This document shows, piece by piece, positions 51,401 to 64,000 of a DNA stretch of 64,000 nt. The stretch is from Amphiscolops sp. MND2022 (taxonomy: Eukaryota), in assembly GCA_964187785.1 (NCBI GenBank), contig OZ076415.1, forward strand, positions 41,602,001 to 41,666,000, written 5' to 3'. Under the pieces are notes generated by a model. It had not been told where the DNA came from and made no database searches. It saw only the letters and a program-made list of their open reading frames with translations. Both the position numbers and the translations under genes were made by a program. Every line of letters begins with the position of its first letter. Positions within the stretch are counted from its first letter, which is position 1.

Positions 51401-54400
51401 CAAGGAGAGAAATCCAGCATATCGGTCTTTATTCCATCCTTTGGAACCACAAAGTGCGGCGTAGCAATACAGGGGTTTTCCAATGTTTCGCAGCAAATTT
51501 TGTACAAACAAAACAGTTCCACTCGACTCTGAAGGTCGTAATAGCATGAGATGAACTCAATCCACTTTCCGGAATTTGAAAGTTTGCTGCCACGGAATTT
51601 TGTAACTAGAGAACAGAACCCTTTCATGATAACTGGCTTAACGTGAGGAGCGATCCATGAGAAGTATCCACACAACAACTGGAAAGAATCGAAATAAGGG
51701 GCTTCACTTCCGTCTCGCATGACCGTTTCATCCAATAAAAACAGTCCACGGGCAAAAGGTGAAGTGATGAGTCCACAGGAAAGTAACATTTTTGTGGAAT
51801 ATCGAGAGGAAGAACTCGCCTGGCTTGCGAATTTGCGTGGGGTGGGGTCTTACCCCTGTCAAGGAGCTCAGCAAGTTCCTTAACTTTCCAAAATTTGTCC
51901 ACCGACTTAAAAGGGAGTGACAAGGTAACCATCCCAGTTACTGATATTGCTGAGCAAAAATGATTGAAGAGTCGGAACCCTTCTGTAACAGTCGAAGGTA
52001 CTTCCTTGAAGGCTGAATGTCTCAAACAAAAGTTCGGAGAAACAAGAAACAATGGCACAAAAAGATATAACTTCGAACATTTAAATGTGAAAATCTGAAA
52101 TAAACAATTAAAGCTTATGCTGATCTTATTTCGGCTATCCAAATGATGAACCAAAAGACATGGAAACAAATACTAACACAGGCTCAGAATGTTGCAGGTG
52201 ATGAACAGCCTCACGAAAAAAACACGGTCTTTCGTCAAAATGTCATCCATCTCGGATGGTTGTAAAAAAAACAAAATCCAAACAACTACTGTATGCAGAA
52301 CACCTTACGTATTTACGTATAGAAAACAAAAACAACAATCCTCTTGTATATGAGAGGAATAAAATGCCACATGAATACAAAATATGACCTTTGTTGAAGC
52401 AAAACTGAAGCCGCATTTACCTGAAAAAAAACTGAAACCTGAGTTCGAAGAAAATAGAAGAGAAACCTTATCTACACTATGGTATCAAAAAGCTACGTAC
52501 ACCAACATTTTTTAAAAAAAACTCAGAACAGTAAAATTTGAAACAACTGTTGAAACAAATAATAAATCAATATCCCGTCAAACTACCATGGTTTTTGATT
52601 ACCTTCACCAGACGATTCTCATACGATGAGTACAAGTTGCGAACAACATCAGGGTTTATGTTGTTCCACACTTCCATAACCTTTTCTTCTAAATTCTCCC
52701 AGGTAACAATCTGACCTCGCAAGCTTTTTTTAAAAATGGCCCAAATATTTTCAATAGGATTCAGGTCAGGACTGTAAGCTGGCCAATCCAGCACCTCCCA
52801 TTGCTCTTGGGCCAGAAAATTGCGAACAACTTCACTTTTGTGTACTGGGGCGTTGTCTTGCTGGAACACCAAATCCGGTATATTCAAATGTCGATCGTAT
52901 TGCTTTAAAATCTCCAAATATCCGTAACTGTTGAGTGTTGCGGGACATTTAATTAGCATTTTTCTACCATCTGATCTGATGGCCCCCCAAAACATCATAG
53001 ATCTTTTGTCTGTGCGTATTCCCTGTGTGTTTTTCGGGCAAAAGCGACGACCAGTTTTCCTGAACACCCGCACAACGCCATCACTATTCAAGCGCACACG
53101 GGTTTCGTATGAGAATACGACGTTTTCCCAGAAGCCTAGTTTCCATCCAGCCGAATTTCAGAACAAAAATGCAAAAGTTCGAGTGAAACAAAAACAACCT
53201 TCTTCAAGCTTACAATAACACCCAAATCTGGCCAGCGAATATGCATCTAAGGTAGTGCAGAAGGTCCCCCCTCTCATTTTCTCTTTTTTAACGCAACATA
53301 CGAAACCGAACGAGACTAAAGGGTCCCCTTTCAAACTTTATGATATTTTGGTGTTTTGAGGTTTTTTGTCTTTTCATAAAAGTTCTGAGCAGAGTTTCTA
53401 CACTTTGCGCTTTTTGAGCCTTAGGTTTAGCGCCGACTTTAGATGTTCTCGTCTTGTATCATTGACAGCACCATCAAAAGCGCTATTAGTTCACTCTACC
53501 AAAGTGATTGATTTGATAAAATATTTTATTTCGTTTTGGTTTTTTCGGCATTTTGAGATTTTTCTCAAATATTTTTTCTTTCAAAAAATTCCATAACTTT
53601 TTCCCATTTTCGGTGAAAATTGACGCTGGATAAAAACCAAGGGGCTTTTTCAACATTCTCGAGCACCAGCGTTTTCTGACCAGCCTTTGTTTTTTGTTCA
53701 AGTTAAACTTTTTTGCGGCTTTTCTAGAAACAATTCCGTACTTCTTCAGGATTCTTCGAATAGTGCATTTAGAAACTGTCTTTGACGTTGAAAAAAAGTT
53801 TTGCAGTACTCTTTCTCGTTCTAATGTTGTTTTTGGGTCTTTTTCCACTCTTCGAACTATTAGTCTTTGCTCTTTTTCGCTGAGTTTTTCTGGCCGGCCT
53901 GGAGGTTTTTTCGCCACATAAGAGTTCGTTCTCAAAAACGCTGATAAGCTGTTTGAGCTGTCGATCGAGATTTAAGACCCAACTTTTCTTTGATTTCTTT
54001 GTATGATAAACCCATTTCGCGAAGTGTAACGATTTTGCAAACAACGTATGAATCCAAAGGTTTGACCATTTTCAACAATGTTTAATTCAAGAGTGATTGA
54101 TTTCACTTCCGGTTGAGAATGAAAATGAAAAGTTCTTCACAAACTGACTGAGATTTAATTTTCAGCTGTACGTAGCTTTTTGCTACCATAGTGTAAGTCA
54201 TGGATATTAGTCACTTACGGAAAATGATAAAATCCCTCACCAAAAGTCATATTGCCCAGTAACTTTTGAATGAATCAATTGAACCGAAAATACAAAGTAT
54301 GTGAAATTGTGGAAGACTAATTTTTCCGAAGTCCGGAAGAGATGAAAGTCACGAGCTACCACTGGCAGATCGAAGTCGGAGGAGTGAGAAATCCAGTACA

Positions 54401-57400
54401 CTTCTAAAGCCAAATCTGTCTAGGATTTGTACTGAAGGAACAATCAACAGCTCTTGCAAGTCCAAAGGATCATTTGTCGGGGTGCTGCAGATCGTTTTAT
54501 GTTGTAGTAACACTCTCGAAATTGACAAATTGACCAATTGAGATGTTGCGTGAAGCCGGACAACAAAACCAGGTATACTTTTTTATCAAGTAAGGCAAGG
54601 AAACTGCTGACTACTGGTATAAGTAACGCTTGATTTGTATGTTAACCAGGAAAAACTGCAATACACATTCTGTATAATAAATTCTTGGACCAGAGGTTAA
54701 CAAAGGATCTAGTCTCGCGGGGAAGAAAAACTAATCGGAGAGAATAACTGCCTGTCGTGTCAATGGAAGTTTTACAGTATCAGAGGAGATCACGAATTAT
54801 CTGAGTCAAGCGTCCCTGTAAAAAACATCTGTTTACTACTAGAAAATCGCAGGCGGAACCCAAAACAAAACTTTACTTACAAGGACCCTAAATGGCCTCC
54901 AATCGTGAAGAGAAATAGGCTCGGAGGTCCTTGTTCCAGTGACGAGGTCGAACCACAATGAAATCAAGGAGTCCAGATGGTCTCCGTTTCTCAACGTCAT
55001 ATGAGACAATGTTTATTCATCAGGGTTCTCGGTTGTTGTCCCCTCAGGATGCGCTTGCTGATATGAACGAAGGAAAAATCTCCCAGTGATGGTGGCCACA
55101 TCAGCCGGCGCTGTAGCGAAAAACTCAAGAATGGGGTACTCGTCGTACATCCACTCAGCAAGGCCAAGTTGCGTCTTGGCAAGTCTCTTGGCTGGCCCTC
55201 CTTAACCTCTGTGTTTGCGCTTTAAGAGGTGTTTCTGTGGTGTTGTAAGGAGCTCCTCATCAGAAGTTAAGTTCATACCCGAGGGGATCTACTTCCAGAC
55301 TCCGAAGCAGGTGGCTGATAATCCGTTTTCATTACATCCGTGGGCGTTGCGGGTGTGTGTGATTCCGCAGTTTTCTGTATTGTGCGCTTGGGCATGATAT
55401 CACACCCGGATGAGTACTTTTTGTCCCTGTTGTGAAGTTCGGTAAGCAGTCTCCTCAGCAGCTTCTTCTAACAATCTCTCTAACATGGCAGCTCCTGTAT
55501 TTCGTGGGCTTGAATAGCTCCCAGAAACTACGCTCGATTTTGGTGCTTCTGTGTCGTCCCCGCTTTGCTCCTTTCGCTCCTCTTCTTGTGGAGGTTTCTT
55601 TTAATAAAAACACAAATCTCCTTGGGAGAGGATTCTGTGATGTAGAAGGATCACGTGGCACTCCATCAGGAGAATGTTGTTGAATCTCAGAATATGCACA
55701 ACGGCCAGTGCCTTTTATCTGGGGTTATCGATTTCGGCAGAGTTACAGTGTTCACGAATTCGTCAATGTTGTCTTCCAATAAATCCTGGGGCACAAAGTC
55801 GAGAGGAAGATTTTCCCCATTTAAAGAAAAACTTTGGTTACCACCGGACTTCCATAACGTCTTCTGAATAGTCGCGGCCTTCTTTGGCATTAAGTACTGC
55901 TTGTCGGCTTTGCTGGGGAAAATCTGGAACAAAATTTGAAAAGAAAATACGTTGTAACTCACAACAGGAAGTCGATATGTCCGCTCAAAATCAGAAACCG
56001 GAAGTTGACAAGTCAGAAGATAAGTAGACGAAAGCGTAAGTGTGACCAATTTATGCTGCTTTAGAAACATTTTGGAATGAATCCGTCTCCTAGGTGAAGA
56101 TACGCCCTTGGACAGCACCAAAATGGTGATTTAAAAAAGTAGTAACGATAGTCTAGCTCTAAATGGAATAAGTAAATTATAGATTGGAAAAAAAGAGGTG
56201 ACAAGAAATACAAAAACTAGAGAATCAATAGAGGATTAAGAAGCAGTATGACGTAGAGTAGGTTGCAAAACAATACACAAACTGGCTTGAGACAAAAACT
56301 TCAACCACGGATAAAACTTTCCAGCTATAAATATTCCAGCTATACAAAATTCACCTAGCATAATCGCGCAAACGCTTATTGCTGATTGGCTGAAATATAT
56401 GGAAACCAATCAAACCTGCCAGTGAGATTGATATTCAAGGCAGCATTGCTGAGATCGTTTACATGTGCGTGTAAGATGCGCCGCCCCCTACTGGCAGTTT
56501 GAAGAATGCGCAAAAAAAGAATTCTACTGGCAATACAAGTTGAGTCAGAATTGACCTAAAAAAGAACAACGCCACTCGACCTCATGCATCACCTTACTAT
56601 TGTGAGAACAACTGCACATCACATAACTGACACCCTAATGCTGAAATAAGCAACATGAGACACGAAGTATGAACTTATTTCGTTCGGAACCTCTGTTTTA
56701 ATAGATACTCAGAAGATGCGTTTGTAATGAAACTTTACTCCAAAAAAGTTCCCATTTCTGAAAATGTTACCTGTATTTATCAAATGCATGTAAAATATCC
56801 ATAAAAATTTGTGAAATATAAAAACTGAAAAAATCAGATTTTTAATGAAAGTCCGCCATGTAAATTTTCATTCATATTTGTTTCCAATCTTACCTTTGTC
56901 ACTTTGAATGGAAAAGTCAACACACTCATTCATCATAATTGGAAATTGTAAAGCAAAACTCGTTTTGTTATGGAGCAATTCAAATAGAAATTGGAATATA
57001 TTTCAACATCTATCCTAAAATTACCGGGAAAGGACGCCTTAGAAGAACGCATTACTCGAGAAACTGTTTACAATCTTAAAAAAACAGGGAAAAAACCCAA
57101 TGCCCGAGGAGACGAAGAAATCACTCTCTCCAACGAAATTCTCCAAGAAACTCACTTAAAATTCCAAATCCCAAATGGAAATAAACGCTTTGAGGAACTC
57201 CCATCGTTTTACGATTGATGAGGACTTGCAGTCCTTCTCAACAAATGCCCCGGACTGAAAACAAGTTCATAGTGGAGCAGTCTCATCCCGAACCAATTGA
57301 TTTGAGTGTCAGAGTAGACGGGCCTATAGAAAACCGTAAGAGGGCTTCCGTCAACGAAGATGCGGCTAGACTGTTTGCTGTAAGCGAACCTGCATCGCGA

Positions 57401-60400
57401 GAAGTCTCTCTTGTTGATGTTGCTGGTACCGACATCGAAAGTGAAACATTGAGTACAATAACTGAACATACTGAACTGCCTGATCTCTCATATTCATCAT
57501 TCTTCGAATCGAATGAGAGCGGCGAGCTAAATTTGCTACTGAATGCTAATTTCGCAAATGCACCTAGAAACAACTATGGCACACCAATACTTGCTGATCC
57601 GCCATTAAGTTCTGAGAGGCTCATAAGACGGATACCTCCAGTATCGATAAACAACGCCAACCCTGTCCAATATTAGAAACAATAACGGCCCTATCATGCC
57701 CGTGCCAATAACCCCGGTGGTAATGCCTCAAGAAAATCTAATCCCCACACAATTGTACCAAAATTATCACCGTAGAGGAATTTTGCAAACACCTCTCGAG
57801 AACCAACATGTTGTCCCTAATGCCCTGTTACACGAGGAGGACTTGGCTTCCCAAGAGCCATTAGAGTTTCAGTACGGTGGAAATACCAACATCCAACATC
57901 CAGCACCGCGACAACCTCACTAATGCTGAATACTATTACAACTCTGCTTTACAACTGTACTTGGACCCTCAAGGGGTATATTGTAAGCCAGGTGTGACAG
58001 GAGCTTATGTTACACAAAATCGCAACACACGGGAGCAGCCAGTTTTCAAGAGAACACAGCTTGACCCATCTGTGATGCCTCATGTCGATGGAAACTGTCA
58101 TTGGGGCAGACAAACATATGAAGAGATTGCCCTGGATGCCCTGGCCGCCTACACAATTGACCGAGAGTACACGGAGGAAACAGTAGGAGACAGAAACATC
58201 ATCCTATTTAGACGGGTTTGAGGCTGCACTTATTTGCTTGAAGAATGCTGCCTGTCGCAGCCTAGAGCTTGCGTCGGGTCCGTTGTGCAGCATTAGAGGC
58301 AAATACTTCAACCGGTTTGCAGAAACTTTGCTAAACGTCATTATCTTTTCAAGTTTATGTAATACAATCTCGTTTGTAATGCTTCAACACCAGCAATGTT
58401 ACAACTCATTTGTTACTCATACTGAATAAACTCCACCACTGATGCTAAATAACGAGTAATCATACATGTTAAGTGAACTAAAAAAATTCCGCTTACGCAT
58501 AATGTTATCCCATTTATTCATTTGTGGAATGAATATGTGGTACAAACGTTTCATACAACTAGTGTGCATTGAACACAAATAATCAACCAAGCTGCCGCTT
58601 TTGTTTTGCAGCATAGTTCAGTATATTGCCATTCCTATGGTATTTTAATTGTGATTTTTGCAGTATAACTCATAAGCATTCGATACTATTTTGCTAACTC
58701 AGTAAAATACATAGGACAGACGACTCATACTTGATGTTAGAACTTTTTCATTGATGTCTTCTGTTAAAGGTACAACATATTCAGTGGCCAATCAGACGGC
58801 AGTATGGCATGTCATGTTTGATACTATATATAAATATTTTGTCATGTAAGAACCTATTTTTGTAAATGATGAGGCGCTCTTTTTAGAATCTATGTAACGA
58901 TGATGTAAGGATGAGTTGCTGAAAAACGACTGTCATGTTGCTAAAAATAAGCTCTGATAAACTGAAGAGTTAGGAAAACCTCATAAAAATTCATACCTCA
59001 AAAAGACTACCAAGCCGTTCAGACCTATTTCCTCACCTCTTTGAGACTTACATCTCGCAGTTTATCGATTAACAATCTCTGTTTCATCTAGATAATCTAA
59101 TGATATGTATAACTTCTTCAACTTTGTTTCCAACTCTATTTCATTTCATCTTCCAACTTGATTGAAATTATTCTCTCTAACAAAAATTATTTCAACCTAA
59201 CTGATATGTGTAAGAACAGAAATAGAAGATCAAGACGAAGATAATGACCCTAACTTGAGATAGATTTGAGCGCATCAGAAGTAGAAGCATCACAAGGCAA
59301 TGAGACTATTTTTGAAACTCTTAGTAGTTTTGATAGCGTTTGTAGAGTTAGGGACAAAGTGACAGTTTTAATTGATTCAGGAAAAAAATGGGAATGAGAT
59401 GCAAGTATGGACGCAGAGGGTAACAGACAACACAAATAAAGAAATGGCAGAAGTAACGAAAGAAATGAATGAAAAGCTAGAAAAGTAGAAAAGATGATGG
59501 GAGACCAAAAAACAGTAGCAGAACCCAAAGAGTCCCAAGTAGAAAAAGTAATGGACAAACTACGTCGAGAATAGAAAACCCAAACACATGGACAATAACG
59601 ACGATGAAATAAACGCATCTGATACCGAAAATCAAGAAAGTAGAATACAGGATAAACCCATCAGACCATCAGAAACAAACGAATTTAGAACGCCAATTCA
59701 ACCTATTTCCATTCAAAACCTAGACTTAGATGATACCATAATCGTTGATAAAGACCATACAGGAGATGATTATCACATATACGAAAAACAAGTCAGGAAA
59801 AACAAAAGGTTTTCTTTTCATGACAACTAATAATATAGAACGTTGCATAAACTACATGTCAAGCCTGGAGGTAACTCGTAAAACTATGTACCATGAATTT
59901 TGTGAATTGGTTGATGTTTTTCAGAGACCACGAGTTTTTGGGATGACCACGAGTTCAAAAACAAAGTGTTGTCAGCCCGAGTTTTTTTGATTCTCAGTAA
60001 CATGGCAGGTATGCTCACATTGTCAGCTTTCATTGGATCGAACTTCATCAAGCGAAAAACGTTGAGCTTGGCTGGATCAGTGGCATCATTGGGATACTGT
60101 TAGTTCTTATTATTATTGGATTTTTGAAACTGATGTCAGAATAGAGAAAAACGAAATGAAAGAAAACACTATTCTTTTGCAAATTCTTGAGTTTTACCAA
60201 AACTATAATGAAGATAGTTTTTACTGAGGTCTGCAAAGCAGATGCAAGAAGGACAACAAAGAATGAGCCATCGTCCTCGAGAACTAAATTGGCAGACATT
60301 TGAGAACTTATAGCCTTTAATTTAGTAGCACATTATGTAATAAAACGCGACTTCTCATCAAAGTGACTTCTCGTTGTGTTTCTTTTCCACTCGAAGTGAT

Positions 60401-63186
60401 CTTAAAAATCTTCAAATATTCGAACAGATTGAAAAGGCCCTTCCTACTTTTAATACTTTGACATACTTATTCGGATTTAAAATTAATTTGAAACTTTTCG
60501 TCGGCACTGTTTGCCTTGTTTTGGAAAATATTTCATTTCACAAAACTATCGTCGCTTTGGTTTTTGATGTGTCTAGTGAGAAAAGAGCATAAAAGCAATT
60601 TCAAGTTCGAAGAGTCCCTTTTGATTTTTTTGCCTCTGTCTGATTGAGATTTCTTTCAAGTTCCCTTTATGCTTTGAAGAACTTTCGCTCATACTGAGGA
60701 GCCTTAGGCGGGGCTCGGTTCACTAAAGTATATATAGTATTTAGCGCAGTCCATTATGTTCATGTAAAAACTGGTCGCACGATTATTCCAAATCAAAACC
60801 TAGGTTTGGTTTATGCTTAAGGCTCAATAAGGAAGGGCGCAAACGCGAAGAGCAATGGATCGATCCTGAAAAGTACCCCTGAAAGGGACCCCTAAAAGCA
60901 CTTGGCTTTCCAGAGGGATCCTTATTATTGGAACAAAAACAATTGTGTTTTTTGTGTGTGTGGTAGAGATTTTAAATGTAGTACTGTTTTAATTCACTTG
61001 TGATGAGATTGATGAGTTCTTTCGAGCCTGAAAAATCAATTTTTGAATGTTCGTTCACGAGCGGTTCTACTAATGAAATTAAACGTCTATTTTTCTCATT
61101 TAGGAGCCTATTTTATGCCTCTCAAGTAGTTTGAGACCGAGTTTTTGTTTGCAAAACCGGTAGTGTTTTTTGCTGCTACGGAGATGTACAGACATTATCC
61201 AAACCTTTTCCGCAAGATATTAATGATACTGTGTTTGAAAAATTGGATCTTGTGATATAGTAAATCTTTACCAGAGTTTTACGTTACTTGTAGATAATTT
61301 TCGTGAGTTCCCCATTTCCAAAAAAAATAGAGATCCGATGTTTGATGATACCACTTTCCTAATTGCTTATCATCCAATTCGCATATCAAATTATCAGAAG
61401 ATAAATCACCCGACGATCGTGATTTACCAAATCACCCCAATGATTTACGTTGTGCGTTCATCAGAAGTTTTGCTCGAGAGTCTAGCATGTCATTTTTTCC
61501 CGAAACATTTCAAATGTTCAAACTTTCATTCATTGTTTGTCTCTGACTAAGTCCAATGATAAGATTCAAGGAATCAATTCTGATTTGCTCCAGTGAAACT
61601 TGAACAGTTCATAGATACGATATTCAACTACAGTTCCAAGAACGCTGGCCCTATGGGAAATTTGTAACGCTACTCGAATTAATTTTTTTTGAATTGGTAG
61701 GCTTTGCTGCAGCTTTGTTTTCGCTCCCGAACCAAACAAAAGAACGCCATAATGAACTATCGGTGATATATAAGATCGAATATACTGTATTAATTGGCTT
61801 TTGTTCTGCGTTTTCCTCACTTTGTACAGTGGGTGCAATGTTGCACTAGCTTTCAGACGATTTTGTCACAAAATTCAAGTTTTGTCGAAATGTAAACAGC
61901 CCAAGTAATTGTAACTTTCACAGGAAGAAAGTTCATGATCACCAATTACAATGTTTGAATGTTCAGTTGATCTCAGCTCAATAACGGTAAACCTAGTTTT
62001 CATGTAGTTACAATCTACACCGTTTGTAGACATCCAGCACTCAAGCAACTTTCCATCCTCAGATTTATGATCTAGCTTTTTGATCAAATGTGTATCATCT
62101 GCGTCTTTTATAAGTTAACTCGCCATTTTTCGTTTCATTTCTTGATAATCTGTAAAATCAGTATAAATAATGAATTATAAGGGAACTAATATTGATCCTT
62201 GCGGGACTCCGCGTTTGATTGATTTCATAGCTGAACTTTTATCATCCCACATATTGAAACCTATCAGCTGATTAGTTTGCTACTAGTTCATGTGAAGTAC
62301 ATCTAACACCAAAGTGGTACAATTTTTGTAATGTTCGTGATCTACCGAGCCAAACGCTTTTCTGAAGTTCACAAAAAACAGTTTGTTTTGGCTTTCCAAT
62401 TTGCATGTATTTGTTTCCATGGAAATGTTGCGCTTGTATTGAATCTTTCATCTTTTGAATTCGTACTGATTGTCTGAAAGTATTTACAAGTTTAAAAGAT
62501 AAATCATCAATTTTTCGTGAATTATTTTGTCAAATATCTTTGACAGATTTCCTAAAAAATGAAATTGGTCTATAACTAGAGGTCAGTTTTTGACCTGCTT
62601 TGAAAATTGGAACAACTTTAGCAATTATCAGACTTTCTTGGAATACGCATTCTGAATGTAGTATTCAAATATAAAGTATTGATTGGAGCACCTTTTTTTC
62701 AAAATTTTGAACTAATACCATCCCATCTTACAGAGTTTTTTTTGTTTATCAATGTCGCAATTTGTAATTTATTGTGAATGTATTATCTGTTTCTGTTTCT
62801 GTTCCATCGTGATCTTTTAGTTTGCCTTTGGTTGCATTCAAAAGAGTTCCGAAAATGTCAGTGCAGAAAAATTGTAAGAGTGCCCTTCGAGCTCGAAAAA
62901 CTTGCAACGTCAGAAAAATGTAAATTGCAGAAAAAATATATTGAAGATATCGCATAAGGGAGCAAACAAAACCCGAACTGTAAAACACTTGCACCGACTA
63001 ACAATCTCCTTGTTTGTTTCAACAGGGCTTCTTCTTCTGATTGCTTGTGCACTGACTACATCCGCCTTCAAACCATTCTCTGGAACAGATTATGGATGGA
63101 CTTTCATCACGATGTGGCTGGGGTGGGCGGTTTCTTTTCCCGTTCCCTTTATGGGTGTTTTCCTCTATTTCATGGTCCCTGTCTGA
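39433..63186 (+). CDS. Host tetraspan PMP22/EMP/claudin-superfamily gene, 3 exons, 169 aa
   Basis: Exons 39433-39607, 59925-60098 and 63026-63186 (510 nt) join through phase-compatible GT-AG introns: MNPNVLFG..AGLWVVCNSARCEALETTSFWDDHEFKNKVLSARVFLILSNMAG..SLGYWLLLLIACAL..DYGWTFITMWLGW..LYFMVPV*. It has four hydrophobic segments, GLW..C..C in loop 1 and YGW before TM4. Confidence 0.85.
42885..47165 (+). repeat. Four head-to-tail ~1.07-1.13-kb copies of the gag-end/protease/linker segment
   Basis: GAAACTCCTGATAAC anchors at 42924, 44000, 45130 and 46200. Units rejoin at GACAAAACTGAAC, followed by TCAACG in the repeats but by AGTATTGG (native RT-leading sequence) in the last copy. Confidence 0.92.
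50790..58252. other. Long post-pol region of the Gypsy element with extra degenerate ORFs on both strands
   Basis: Minus-strand ORF pieces 52169-51316 and ~56121-54350; plus-strand pieces 56991-57676 and 57696-58221; no recognisable domain. All lie between the pol stop and the 3' LTR. Confidence 0.5.
52475..54193 (-). mobile_element. Tc1-family (DD34E) DNA transposon, inactive
   Basis: 27-bp TIR CACTATGGTATCAAAAAGCTACGTACA (1 mismatch) with TA TSD on both sides. Transposase runs from ATG 54069 to stop 52567: GRP HTH, FQQDNAP..SPDLNPIE with 34 residues between D and E. It has a 1-nt frameshift near 53935, the first catalytic D reads FSYET, and a 502-bp interruption lies at 53637-53136. Confidence 0.92.
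61566..62720 (-). mobile_element. Non-LTR retrotransposon (LINE) reverse-transcriptase remnant in host intron 2
   Basis: Motifs FRKAFGSVDH (~62350), GVPQGSILVP (~62200), ADDT (~62095), NYMKT and YNYLG; multiple stops. Confidence 0.85.
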
Positions 63187-63316
63187 GTTGGAAGTATATC
63201 ATTAAACTTACAATTGAGTGAAATTGAACTGCTTGAGAAGCTACAAAAATATCTCCGAACTATTGAATTGAATTATATATGTATTTGTTTTCTGTGGAGG
63301 TTCTTAGCAATATGAA

Positions 63317-63725
63317 CAAGACGAAAACGTCTAAAGTCGGCGCTATATCCAAGGCTCAAAAAGCGCAAAGTTCTCAAAATTGTAAAAGAGGGGTCCTCTG
63401 TAGTCTTTTTGAAAATCCATTTTGTTGCAAAAATAATTAAGAAAATTGAAGGAGCGACCCTTAGGAGACATTAAAAAACATTCGTAAAAAACATTGAAAA
63501 TTTTCGAAAAAAAAACGAAAAATGAGAATTTTAACAGGCTCAAAGTGCCGAAAATGTAGAAGGGCTCTTTAGGCTTTTTCAACATCCAATCCAGTTGCAA
63601 AATACCAAACGAAATAGAAGGGGGACCTTTTGAAGACATTAAAAAATTCGAAAAAAAGTCTCACAAAGACGGAAAATGGGCGAGGAAAGTCTCATAGCGC
63701 CGAAAATTAGAAGGGAGGACCCTTC
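63317..63725. repeat. Dispersed repeat (non-autonomous element) with GAAGGG..CCC subrepeats; an inverted copy of its end lies inside the Tc1
   Basis: The reverse complement of 63317-63371 aligns with few mismatches to 53402-53456. Confidence 0.6.
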
Positions 63726-64000
63726 TGAGTTTTGTATTTCAAGTTAGACGCCTTTGGATGCGTTCAAAATCAAGTACTGAGTACTTTTGGTAAAAGTGAA
63801 GTAAAAGTGAATAAATCACAAAAAGTGGTAGATACACAATGAGCTATTTGGTCTGACGAAAAAAACTAGCCACTGTAATAGTCGGGCACTTTTCACTAGA
63901 AAAGCGCCGACTGAAAACGCACCTGATTGGCATGAAAACTACACTTTTCATGAGTAACCAGACATGAGCTAATTTTGTTTCCGTTTTGCGTCATTGTATA

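Larger units (their letters stand above)
40004..59777 (+). mobile_element. Full-span Ty3/Gypsy LTR retrotransposon (19.8 kb), degenerate, inside host intron 1
   Basis: 5' LTR 40004-41512 and 3' LTR 58253-59777 are both TGTCGCAGCC..GATTATCACA. 5-bp TSD TATAC at 39999-40003 and 59778-59782; PBS-like TGGTGACAGG at 41513. Order is gag (41513-42170), protease (LIDTRA), RT (~47350-48100), RNase H (48160-48600), integrase (~49200-50100), pol end 50781. Many stops and frameshifts. Confidence 0.92.

Noticed and set aside
62749-62994. Minus-strand ORF with LQVFRARRAL resembling a claudin helix
   Set aside because: The plus-strand exons give a complete, phase-compatible four-TM protein; this ORF has no supporting splice partners.

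Overview
This is AT-rich eukaryotic (animal-like) nuclear DNA with spliceosomal introns and three N gaps (524-676, 18408-18622, 29690-29889). (1) The main finding is three divergent genes that each join a SET (lysine methyltransferase) domain, C2H2-type zinc fingers and a tyrosine recombinase (YR) domain: 7699-3770 (-), ~16504-13142 (-) and 30925-~34589+ (+). The first carries a Suv4-20-like SET and the other two a PR-Set7/SET8-like SET. Around them lie tRNA-like Pol III units, long hairpins, a 27-bp-periodic motif array, (CTA)n tracts and a small RING-finger ORF. This looks like a family of Crypton-like YR DNA elements carrying their own chromatin writer (inference). (2) A host PMP22/EMP/claudin-like gene missed by the ORF track (exons 39433-39607, 59925-60098, 63026-63186; 169 aa), with exon 1 duplicated at 21795-21969 and three amino-acid changes. 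(3) A 19.8-kb degenerate Ty3/Gypsy element (40004-59777; ~1.5-kb TG..CA LTRs, TATAC target duplication) fills intron 1 of that gene. It contains a 4x tandem protease-region array, extra ORFs and a nested Tc1 (52475-54193). (4) An ~11-kb near-identical duplication (18623-29689 vs 36260-47310); copy A is bounded by gaps and may be a haplotig. (5) Further Gypsy, non-LTR and MITE remnants. All splice models, alignments and family assignments were made by eye, with no database searches.
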